This document shows, piece by piece, positions 12,442 to 23,954 of a DNA stretch of 64,000 nucleotides. Origin of the DNA: Torpedo marmorata (Eukaryota); assembly GCA_977017645.1 (NCBI GenBank), contig OZ360220.1, positions 151,900,001 through 151,964,000 on the forward strand, given 5' to 3'. The stretch's first letter is position 1, and each line of letters begins with the position of its first letter. A model generated the notes under the pieces. The model was given only the letters and a program-made list of their open reading frames with translations. It was not told where the DNA came from and searched no databases. Both the position numbers and the translations under genes were made by a program.

Positions 12442-13939
12442 ATAGAAGATTAGAAACGATACCGCAACATCATTAATCGAGATATCACAATTGGGGCGGA
12501 TCGAACCCCATTATACACGGCGTGTTGGGAATCAAATTTTGACAGTTACATTTAACTTTTAAAAATTATGCCAGCAAACGCTCGAATCGTAATATGTTTT
12601 CTGCAATGTGCGGAGTTTAGCAGAAGGGTACTGAACCGAGCCGTGTCTTCCATTCCCACCCGTTGCCTTCCCAACTGTCTTAAACCGCACAAAAATTACT
12701 TACATCACTTACGTAAAAATACACTGAATATAAAACAAAAAGAAAACTCCTGCGGAAATAATACACAGGCCGCGGGCCCCTGATTCATTCTCCGCAGCTG
12801 CTGCCTGATCTGATGAGTCTTTCCAACATCCTCGGCTTTTAATTTAAAAAAACATCGGCCACTTGCAATTGGCGAGAAGCGGCTATAAATTTCATAACCA
12901 GCAGCAATTTTTGTTTACTTTCTTGAGTTGATTTGTAGGCGTCATTGTGTCTCTGGTTGTAACCTGGTATGTCCCACGCACAATATTTCCCACACGTGTT
13001 TCCTTTGTACGTAACGTCTTTACAATGCCGCGTTGTGGTTTAAGTATATATTCGGAATATTTGCGGGCTGTTTCAAGGAGTATTTCTACAGTGTCAGCAC
13101 TTTTAGACTTCCTCTGCATCGCTTCAGCGATTGGAAAGGTTTTTTTTGTTCAGTACAGCACCGTTTCAGAAAACCACACCATTTGGATTCTGCAGCTTTG
13201 CTTTGATAAAAGCAAATCAGCGAGGACGCCCCGTTATTTTGACAACAGGCTATCGAACGCAGTTGATTTATCATGAGTTTAGATGAAAGAATGTCCTTAT
13301 TGGCCTATGCATGGGTTGGGTTAGAAACCGTGGCACATTTAAAATATTACACACTAATTGCAATGCCATGCATTGTTTGACATTTACGTCATCGGCGTTA
13401 GCAACTCAAAAAAACCCAATGAAAATTAATAACAAGGCTGGAAGGCAGCTATTTTCTGTTTACAGGCATATTTTATGAGCCAGAACACGTCGAACATTGC
13501 CCCACCTTCCCAGCACTCACGGGAGCGCCGACTAGCATTTATCGACTTTACTACGAATGAACACCAAACGGAAAACCGGTAGATATTAAATTATTGAAAT
13601 GACCGTTATTACCATTGCAACGACAAAATATAGGATTGGTCCTGTACAGAGTCTGTAAAAGGGGATATGGGGATGGAGTTAATCAGCAGGGTCTGCATTG
13701 GGAGCGCACAAACCCATACTGAGTGAGGGGATCCTCATCCAGGAGGTGAAGTTGTGTTGGAAGCGAAACAGGAGCAGCAGAACGGGCAGAGGCGATGCAG
13801 GGGAGGGGGTGAGAGCAAGTGGACACGTGTTGAAAAGTGTGCGGATGGGAGGGCGCTCACCTGGCTCGGGGGTAGGTTGAAAGCACCTGTTGCAGAGCGC
13901 GTGGGAGGAAGCACAGACGTTTTTCAGAGTGAACGGAGG

Positions 13940-14929
13940 GAAGAGGACCACTTGTTACACTGGAGGGTGAGAGAAGAGGACCACTTGTTACACTGGAGGG
14001 TGAGAGAAGAGGACCACTTGTTACACTGGAGGGTGAGAGAAGAGGACCACTTGTTACACTGGAGGGTGAGAGAAGAGGACCACTTGTTACACTGGAGGGC
14101 GAGAGAAGAGGACCACTTGTTACACTGGAGGGTGAGAGAAGAGGACCACTTGTTACACTGGAGGGTGAGAGAAGAGGACCACTTGTTACACTGGAGGGTG
14201 AGAGAAGAGGACCACTTGTTACACTGGAGGGTGAGAGAAGAGGACCACTTGTTACACTGGAGGGTGAGAGAAGAGGACCACTTGTTACACTGGAGGGTGA
14301 GAGAAGAGGACCACTTGTTACACTGGAGGGCGAGAGAAGAGGACCACTTGTTACACTGGAGGGTGAGAGAAGAGGACCACTTGTTACACTGGAGGGCGAG
14401 AGAAGAGGACCACTTGTTACACTGGAGGGCGAGAGAAGAGGACCACTTGTTACACTGGAGGGCGAGAGAAGAGGACCACTTGTTACACTGGAGGGCGAGA
14501 GAAGAGGACCACTTGTTACACTGGAGGGCGAGAGAAGAGGACCACTTGTTACACTGGAGGGTGAGAGAAGAGGACCACTTGTTACACTGGAGGGCGAGAG
14601 AAGAGGACCACTTGTTACACTGGAGGGTGAGAGAAGAGGACCACTTGTTACACTGGAGGGTGAGAGAAGAGGACCACTTGTTACACTGGAGGGTGAGAGA
14701 AGAGGACCACTTGTTACACTGGAGGGTGAGAGAAGAGGACCACTTGTTACACTGGAGGGTGAGAGAAGAGGACCACTTGTTACACTGGAGGGCGAGAGAA
14801 GAGGACCACTTGTTACACTGGAGGGTGAGAGAAGAGGACCACTTGTTACACTGGAGGGTGAGAGAAGAGGACCACTTGTTACACTGGAGGGTGAGAGAAG
14901 AGGACCACTTGTTACACTGGAGGGTGAGA
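13940..14929. repeat. 33-bp minisatellite, 30 copies
   Basis: Unit GAAGAGGACCACTTGTTACACTGGAGGG(T/C)GAGA with a single variable position; degenerate related units on both flanks. Confidence 0.98.
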
Positions 14930-15579
14930 AGGTGGCGATCACCTGTTGCAGATCGGCGGAGGGTGCAAGGAGAGACCCACCTGTTTCAGAGTGGGCGGGG
15001 GAGGGGGGTTCGCTTGTTCCAGAATGGGGATTATTGGCTTCACATCTGGTGTTATATCACTGACCCCGCCCAGTGCCAAGGTGTTCATGTGGAAACTTTT
15101 AGTTTGATTGAATTGTGAGAAAACAAACATTCTTGCTTACTTTCACGTTTATTTCCAAAATCACAATCGCTCTCTCCTAAATCATTGGCTGGGGGGGGGG
15201 GAGAAAAAAAAACCTCGAGGTAGTTTTCTCTTCATTCTGAGAAAAGTGAGCCACTACTGTTTAGAGCTTACAAAAAAAAGACGGCGAATTTACAGCTTAC
15301 CTCGTGTTGCCCTGGGTTTCGCTCGCCCGATGCTGTTGGCTATCTCAATGGAGCTGACTGCTTTGGGTCTCAGAGAGCCTCAGCCCACGAGTGCGCCGCT
15401 AGAAGAAACGTTGTCTCCGGCTCGATCCTGCCTTTCGACTGCAATGTTGTATTATCTGCACGGAAATAAAACGAATAATGAGGTTGAAATTACAATGGGA
15501 ATCATCCCCGCCGCATCTCCATAAACGGTGGTATAAAATTGGGGGCTGCATTATTCCTTTTGCAAAGGCACACGGGAGA

Positions 15580-15750
15580 TTGCAGATTGTAGAATCTGGA
15601 GTAAGCACCAGTATACTGGAGGAGCTCAGCGCGTCGAGCAGCATCCATGAGGGAAAAGGAGGTGTCAACGTTTGGGGTTGAAATGTTTGCCATTCTTTTT
15701 CTTCCACTGATGCCGCTCAACCCACTGAGTTCCGGCAGCAGATTGTTTCT
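15580..15750. mobile_element. Inverted Penelope-like pLTR remnant
   Basis: ctggaggagctcagcgcgtcgagcagcatc...gatgccgctcaacccactgagttccggcag. Confidence 0.6.
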
Positions 15751-16269
15751 TGATAGGTTAGTGCCAGGGCGGAAAAAATCACCCTCCCTCGGCTAAAGAG
15801 ATGCCTGGTTCTTCCTTCTGAGTAACTATAAAACATTTAGTGTAGGTACCCTTTGCTCATCCGTGGGTGCGTTTGGCAACGAGCGCGTTTAGATCCAACG
15901 CGTTTCCTTCACATCGGGTATTGGAGGGAGGCGCTCCACCGGGATCTGGACGTTAACCGAAGCGGGTCTTAACATCAGAACTTGGGCTAACTGGGGTCCG
16001 TTGCAGGTAGCTTGCACCAAATGGTTGTACATATGGTGTGATGCATTCGCTGCAAGAGATAAAAGGAAATTATTGCTATTGTATATCAGAGGAAGACGAC
16101 AAGAAGTAGGTGGGGGTGGAAAATTCGGGCCTCGCCCCAGGCTCACAAGGAACCCCGAAACACCCCAAGCAAATCTCCTTGCTTCTGTCGCAGTTGGCAC
16201 AATGGGTCACCACCGACGTATACAGTGGAATTCTCAACATGAGTAAAAGTATGCCTCACGACTGATCTT

Positions 16270-16960
16270 GCAAGTGATCCTCCTTTCCCCCATCCACCCA
16301 TATTTCACCCATCAGACCCCTTTCCCCATCTCGTTCCCCACCTCTTCACCTCTCCTCGAATGGTTCCCCTTATCACCTTCATTTATCAGGTTGCAGTCTT
16401 TGGTTCCCCACTTATCACCTCCCACCTTCATCCCCCCCACCCCGCCCTCTCCCGCGCCAAGCTGGCTCCATTTGCATTTTATTCCTTTGGAGTTAAACAA
16501 GAAAATCTGTAGATGCTCGGGTCCAGTGGAATACACACACGTGCTGGAGAAACTCAGCAGGGCACGAAGGGTCCAGGCCCGAAGCGTCGACTGTCTTTTA
16601 CTTTATATGGATGCTGCGTGACCTGCTGAGTTTCTCCAGCGCGTTTGTGTACAGCCTTTTCTTCCTTGTCTGCTTCCACTGGTGCCCCACCTGTCTGTTG
16701 TCTTCGGACGCCTCCCCACCTGGCTCCACTGTCCTTCACCCTTCAGCTCTCCTCCGTCCACCGATCACCTACTCACCCCACTCCCACCCCTTTCCCCTCT
16801 CCTCTTTGTGCCGACGATCTTCCCTCTCCACTCGCTCTGCTGGTGCAGGGTCTCGACCATCAATGTCAACAATACCCCTCCCCACAGATGCTGCTCGGCC
16901 CGCTGAGTTCCTCAAGCATTTCGGTTTTATTTTGTGGTCCATATTCCAGCATCTACACTC
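16270..16960. mobile_element. Cluster of Penelope-like 3' UTR/pLTR fragments
   Basis: Pyrimidine-rich UTR segments and repeated gatgctgc..gacctgctgagtt termini; degenerate hammerhead-like core near 16563-16592. Confidence 0.6.
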
Positions 16961-17864
16961 TTGTGACATGGTGCTTAAAAGTATAATTTTACTAAAGAAA
17001 ACCAAGTTTTTGTTCTATGTTTGGACCCTTTCTCAAAGAGCTATTCCTGTCTCCATTCCAACCGAACCGTATATTGGCTACACACAAGAATGAAGCCGTT
17101 CAAACCCCACGGGCGACCTGGAGCCCATTTTATGCCATTATTAATGCTTCTATCTATAGATTGAGGGGGAGGGTCACAGTATCCTGCGACCACCCCCTTC
17201 AATACATTTCTCCGTAAGAGGATTTCCCCACAACCACCAACCTGGCGGATCGGCCTCAGTGTGAACGGCCGGGCGACATTCGGCATTCCTTCGCATCGGG
17301 CCGCTTCCTGCAACTCAACCAGACCAGCCCCGCTTCTAACTGTGCCTTCGCTCTCTCGCTACACTTCTCAGCACCCCTATTTCAAGCCGCCTTAAAAAAA
17401 AAAGACCGAGATGATTGGGCTCTCCATCAAAACGGTTCTTCTCTCATTTCAGCTGCAAGGGCAGTGTGAGATGATATTTGGCCCGGTCACAAAAGGGTAG
17501 GTTCCCAACGAATTGGTGGTGGTCAGAATGGGGAGTACAGTACAGGTCACAGAACGGGGCCCTGCCGGCACCTGTGGTGGAGGCATGTTCCATTCTGATC
17601 TATAAGACAGACTCCTTAACAGCTATCAGACTCCTGAACGAACCCACAAGAGTAAAATAATATTGCCCTTGTTCTGTTCTAAGCGATCTCTCTGTAATCT
17701 TGGAACTCGACTGGGTTTAACTTGCTGGATAGGACGCAAAACAACTCTTTTTTTCTTTACCTCGGTATATTTGACAATGAACTGTAAAACGAACTACGAG
17801 GGAATGGATAAACATCGTGAAAACATGCGGAGAAAGGGCGGGTGGTGAAACTGGAGGTGTGAGA

Positions 17865-17985
17865 CCATAAAACTATACGACAGAGGAGCATTCGGCCCAT
17901 CGAGTCTGCTCGGCCATTCAAATCACGGCTGATGTGTCTTTCCTCTCAACTCCATTCTCCTATCTTCTCTCCATGACCTTTGAGC
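17865..17985 (-). mobile_element. CR1-like LINE 3' end
   Basis: cattcggcccatcgagtctgctcggccattc motif shared with the copy at 52112. Confidence 0.6.
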
Positions 17986-20609
17986 TGGCGAATCAAGATG
18001 GACCGAATGCTCCTTTCTGTATTGTCACCGTTCTTGGATTGGTTGGATGATCGAGGTGAACGTCTTTAACTCCCGAATCCTCTCTTCAGACCCCTTTCTT
18101 GCTCGGATCTCTCCCAGACACCTCCGGGACATTGACACCTGCGTTCTAGTGATCGGTTGATTCATTTCACCCTTTGTAGTAATCTCAGTGACTTGGTCTG
18201 AGTGAAGTTTCACTCTGAACGATCGTGCGGGTTCAATGCCTCACCTAAACTGTCTTGAAGAATACAGTTTCTGCTCTATTTCGTGGAGGTTATGATTGTG
18301 AAAACGCGTTAGCGGCATTGTAAAAGTCGACCTCCCCTCTTTTCCCCGCACCGCCCAACCAAATCAGCCAGTTTATGATTTAAAAAAACTGCAGATGCTG
18401 GAATTCTGAAATTAAAACAAAGCAAATTAAGTACAGGAAAATCTCAGGTCGAAGGTCCAATATATTTGATCCTATGACTGCATACGTTTGTAACAAAGAC
18501 ATCTGAGCCCTCTCTTATGCTCCACCGGCCAAAATAAATCGATTAAAATCCTTTCCAGGAATAAATACCTAATTCGGGAGAGAGTTTTCCATTTGTGGAA
18601 TAATAGTGCCTGTCACATCTGCCTCAAGTGAGGGAGAAGTCGCACAGGAAGACTCATATGCGAACCTTTGGTCGCTAACAGTTCAACACCAATCTATTTT
18701 CCTGTCTTGCCTTGTTGACGAAGCAAATAGCAAGAAACTCCTCACACGTGGGCGCACAAAGTTCCAGCGCGATGTGATATGGGGAGCTCACGTCGCCCAC
18801 GAGGGATAGGGTAACGGGTTGTGAGCCAGCTTTCAGCCGCCGAATACGGCCGAGGAACCAAGCCGATTTAGAGTTGACACGAAGGTGCTGAGTTCTGTCC
18901 ATTTCTACATCGAAAGTATGAAAAAATTAATTTCTCCCAATTGGGGGTAAAAAAAACAATCCGCGTTTTCCCAATTGGTGCGAATCTCATTTTTCGCACG
19001 AACATTTTGTTTTGAAACGTTTTAGGTGAGGGGGAAATATCAGTAAATGAAGCACAGGCCATACAGGTAAGGTGGGATATAATTAACACTTTATCCATAT
19101 TATGCTGACAGGTTAGATATGGAGAGACCCCGATACTAGCTCCCCTGACAGCGAGGATACTAAAACATTTATGTCCTTGTAATATTTCCCATCGGCTTTA
19201 CATAATATTAGTTTACTTCTACGCCGCGTCTCAGAACAGGATACACAGGGGAACAGTGATGTATTCCGTTGAACGTTCAGAACGGGTCACTGCCGGCGCT
19301 TGAAGTGTATTTTCCAGGCGATACACAACACCTCTCTTTTACCAGTGAGTTTCTCTCGTTCAAGAACATCCCCACCCCGACATAACACAGATTCTAAGCC
19401 CGACACCCCAAGCAATGCTCTAAAGAAAAACCCAGAACATAAAGTTCCGCCAAAACACATCTAATTTTAACTCGAAGCCTCTCCAGCACTGAAAATTTAA
19501 TTTGTTTAAATCACAGATAAGTACATTGCTGATGAAAATTATCAATTGAGGAATAAATGTCTAAACAAACTATATATTAAAAAGATAAAATGCATTTATC
19601 TGTTGTATAATAACTGTACAATTTTCGTTCATTTAATCTTTTTATAGCAGAAACCAATTAAGAGTTTTTAAATGTATAGTCTGTTTAATATTTAATGTAT
19701 AGTCGTACCCGAACAGTGTCGTTTTCGCAGCCGTTTCTTTAAATATTCAGTGACCCAAAGTCGCTGCTTAAATATGATAACTGCAATTGGCAAAAGTTAC
19801 CAGCTTGTTTGAGACAATATCTTCAGTTGAAACCATTGGCCTGTTTCATACATCGGAAGTAATTCTGTTCCATATTTTCTAGTTTGGAGATATCAAAACA
19901 GACAAATTATTTTAATTGGATATATTGCATTTGAATTTGCTAATTGATTCCCGACGCGAAGATTTTTTCTTTGAAAGGGTGACCGAATGGTTTAATTCTG
20001 CAAACCTAAACATGCGGGATTAATCTCCAAAGAGCTTCAAAGCTCGCCGCTGAATGTTGTCAGAGCTCAGATAGAAGGGGCTGTTTATGATCTGTAATAT
20101 CTACCTAATCAGAGAAGTTTTGTTTTTTGTTCAGCCGGCACATCAAGGTAATTCTCCAAAACGTGCGCATGCAATTGAGAGCGTCAAGCGAATATTGAAC
20201 GACATACTTTTGTTGGGTTTTGAGGGGATTGAGTGAAGTTATTTAAACCGTTCCGAAAAAGAAAGAGCCTATCCATTTGGCGATCAATGAGCATAGTGCA
20301 GTGTAGGTGACCTGCAGTTAAACGGAGCCATCTCCTCGCAGTTGTCTGGACAGGCAGCCTGTCGTTTAAGGTTTCAACTAGTTCCACGGATGAATAAAAA
20401 AAAGTTCGCCTTTATAAGCAAAAAACTATAAAGATTAATCCATGGGCATCTGAATTATTTCGTTTTTCAACCTGAAAGCAGTACAAGGTTAACTCTGGCT
20501 GCAAACAACGGATGGGGAAACATTGATTTTATGTATCACGGAGGGTTCGTGAGCTTCCCCTGACACGCGTGCCCAAGTAGATGAAGGGTTCACATCAGTT
20601 TAAAGATGG

Positions 20610-20775
20610 ACACAATCTGCAGGAGGAACTCGGCGGGTCGAGCAGCATCAGTGGGAGAGAAAAAAGTATTCCATTTTTTTCCTTTCTCTCCCACTGGTGC
20701 TGCTCGACCCATTGAGTCCCCCCAGCAGATTGTGTTTTGCCCCAGATTCCAGAGTCTGCAGACTCGTGTGTCTCC
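20610..20775. mobile_element. Inverted Penelope-like pLTR remnant forming a long hairpin
   Basis: acacaatctgcaggaggaactcggcgggtcgagcagcatcagtgggagaga...tctctcccactggtgctgctcgacccattgagtccccccagcagattgtgt. Confidence 0.7.
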
Positions 20776-22908
20776 TGCCTTTAGATCGGTTAACATGGAT
20801 TTGTTTTCCACAAACACGGCGCAAATAACGAATCCCGTTTTAAATTCCCTCCTTTCAGTGGCTTGCTATTTTACTTTTGACAATTATGTGTTGCTCTGAG
20901 GAGGGATTTGGGTTTGTATGAAACTGGTGCAAACTGCGGTAAGATGGGCGAGAGAATGGTCCGCTAACCTTTGCGAAATCAGGGTCTGACCCCAGCCTGC
21001 TAATGCGAGCGAGATCTAAGGCAGTCACCATCCTTCATTCCCCGTCCTAACCAACTCAATACCAGCATCATTACAGAACATCGCCTCAGGGGATGGAGCG
21101 AGGAACTCTTAAAACAAGGTCCTTACTGGGGATGGAAAGGGAGAGCGCTGATTACCACTCACTCCACTCCGGCCTGTCCAAAGGGGAAAGACACTTCTCG
21201 CCACAACTATATCGGTACAAGCGCTTTGGACTTGGGAACAGTCAACGCCGTCGAGTTGTAGAGCCTATGTTCCAAATCCAACCTTGAGGGAACGTGAGGG
21301 TTCTTGCGATTTTCTAAGCGTGGAGACAGTTATTTGGCGCCACTACTGTAAAACCGATGAGCTGAGATTTGGCCTCGAATTTAAGCGATAATTCGTGTAA
21401 AGCAGCAATGGAATGAGAGAGTAAATTTATACAGGCGGGCGGCAGAATTTAACACTTGCCCCCAAAGGCAAAATTCCACCACTTGAAAATCAGATTTTTT
21501 CGCGCCCCGTCTCCCTCAACCCCGAATTCCCTTGTCACCTTCATGGTGATTTTTCCTTGCCAGACTGGAGCGCAGCAGGATATAGAACAGACCCTTGCCG
21601 GGTACATTCGTTTCAATCAGTTCGTTGTCGCGACAAGGTACGAGTTTACCTTGATGGCATTTGACCCGTTTCCGTTGAAAATTAAAAATAAAAGGTTCCC
21701 ACACATACCGTCATTGCAAAGAACTAATCGCCTCGGAGTAAAGGTAAACGGCATTTAACGGGAAAGAGAACATATCTTTCCGAGTGGAGCAAATTAGGGC
21801 GTGAGAGACACGGTGTGTATTGGTAACCGTCCATCGCGAAAGGGGCCGGCGAACGCGATAGAGGGGGCGCGGAGATCAGGAGTGAGAGTTCGGTCTTGTC
21901 CCATTACTTCCTCAGTGTGCAGAGACCAGTGAAGGGAGGGGAGGGGGCGACAGGTGTTCAACTAATGGGCCATTTGAACAGGTTGGATAAATAAGATGTT
22001 TCAATTCACAGAACAGACCAGAAGGGTTTAGGCGAAGGACAACGATAGTCTGATACCTTTTTCTTGAAAATTTAGAGGAGTGGAATCTCCGATTTAAAAA
22101 CAAACAGGGCGGATAAATACTTTTTTTAAAAAAAGGAGTTATGGAGAGAGAGCTAGGAGAGGAAGTTAAGATGAGCTACCGGAGGAATTCAGCATCCGGG
22201 GTAGATATGTCTGAGCATTCCCCCCGTCCCGGATGCTGGCTGATCCACCGCAGTGCTGTGACAAATGCTTCCACGTATCCGCGATCTCCCCAAAACTGAG
22301 AGTCTGCAATGTAATCAGGAAAAAAAAGACACATGGAAAGGAACGGGATTGGATTTAATTTGGACAAGTTTACCAGGGAGTACCAACACCTCGTGGCTCC
22401 AGATTCTCAACCCGCAAACAGCAACGTGGTGCCGTTTTAACTTCACGTTTAGATCTCAGTTTCATGACTGCCTCACATCTGTCATTCTCGAGGATTAAAC
22501 CCGGAGAGTGTTTAGGGATTGTAACTCATTGGGGATGATTGGCAAAGGACTTGTTGGGTATCGCCCATCCAACAATGGGACCGGCCAGTGCTTCTTCGAT
22601 ATGTTGCCCAGCTCTCCCTGCTGAGATGAGCAGACGAACCCATTGAATGGAGCTGGCCTTAATGTGCGAATGTTGTATCAGGGGCGATCTCTTATTTAAT
22701 TTTTTAAAAAATAAATCCAAGAGGATCCCGACGAGTTAAATTTATACGCACTAATTGTTTCCGCTTGGGCCTCAGGACATTCGGTGCAGACTCAAATACC
22801 TCCAGAGCCCACGACTTTCGAAATTTAGATCACCTTGGTGAGGTTAAGTCGATCGTTACAACCCTCGTTAATTCCGTACATCGGACATCCATTTCCTTTT
22901 CCATTCCA

Positions 22909-23105
22909 GTGGAGGCTACCTCGGCAAATATATTTAAGACAAGATTGGAAGGATTTTTACATAGTAGGGGAATTAAGGGGCTAGGGGAAAAGGCAGGTAG
23001 GTGGAGACGAGCCTATCATCAGACCAGCCATGATCTCATTGAATGGCGGAACAGGCTCGACGGGCCGGATGGCCTACTCCTGCTCCTATTTCTTATGTTC
23101 TTATA
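22909..23105 (+). mobile_element. CR1-like LINE 3' end
   Basis: VEATSANIFKTRLEGFL ORF2 tail followed by ggcctactcctgctcctatttcttatgttcttat terminus. Confidence 0.75.
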
Positions 23106-23182
23106 TCGCACTGTTGCAAGTGCGAATAGAAACTTGGTCAGTTCAGGTAGTTACGGGCCACCACACTGAACGTGAAACATCC

Positions 23183-23325
23183 AAACGGCAGATGCTGGAA
23201 TCTTGAGTGAACAAAGAGAAGCGGGACTCAGTGAGTCAGGCAGCGTCAGTGGAGAGAAATAGCAGTGATTTCTATCCATAGATGCTGCGTGACCTGCTGA
23301 GCTCCCCGGGCTTCTCTTTGTTCAA
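23183..23325. mobile_element. Inverted Penelope-like pLTR remnant
   Basis: tgaacaaagagaagc...ctcag...gatgctgcgtgacctgctgag...gcttctctttgttca inverted arms. Confidence 0.6.
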
Positions 23326-23639
23326 TATACAAAGCGCAATGGTTAGGTTTAGACTGTAAAGAACAAAAAGAAAATCGCAAGTTAATGACTCGTGACCATG
23401 CTATAAAGTTAATGTAAGGACCAACGCCAACCAGAGATTAGTGACCCACGAACTCACTCTACTCTTTGCCAATGTGGCGGCACATCGCTCAGTTCAAGTT
23501 TAGGTTTATTATCAGATATCCTTGGGCACAGTGAAAATAATTTGTTTCGCGAGCAGCCCAGCAAGTCGACTCTAACGTGCACACAGCAGTACAAAGTAGA
23601 GAGGCAAGGGCACATTACAAATTGTAGTGCGAGAGCACT

Positions 23640-23954
23640 ACACTTTTTCTTTCCTCTCACATTCCATCTTAAGCAACCCCTAAGCCATAAGTGCTCTATG
23701 ATAAGTAAGGGATTGTTTAAGGTGGTATGTGAGTGGGAAGGGAAGGTTGAGAACCTCTGCTCTAGACCCAATTGTCACTGAAATATTTTGACTGATAAAA
23801 ATTGTCATTGGCCCATTAGGTACGATTAAACCAGTGGTTTTCGAACTTTTTCTTTCCACTCACATACCACTTTAAGTAATCCCTTACTAATCACAGAGCA
23901 TAGGGATTACTTAAGGTGGTATGTGAGTGGAAAGAAAAAGTTTGAAAACCACAG
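23640..23954. mobile_element. Two adjacent palindromic MITE units, hAT/Charlie-like
   Basis: 23832-23954 is a near-perfect palindrome CAGTGGTTTTC...GAAAACCACAG; related partial unit at 23640-23760; no clear TSD. Confidence 0.7.

Noticed and set aside
13940-14929. CRISPR-like array
   Set aside because: No unique spacers, no cas genes, eukaryotic context
13754-15118. 454-aa and antisense 361-aa repeat ORFs
   Set aside because: Stop-free frames follow from a 33-bp unit; no domain or splice support
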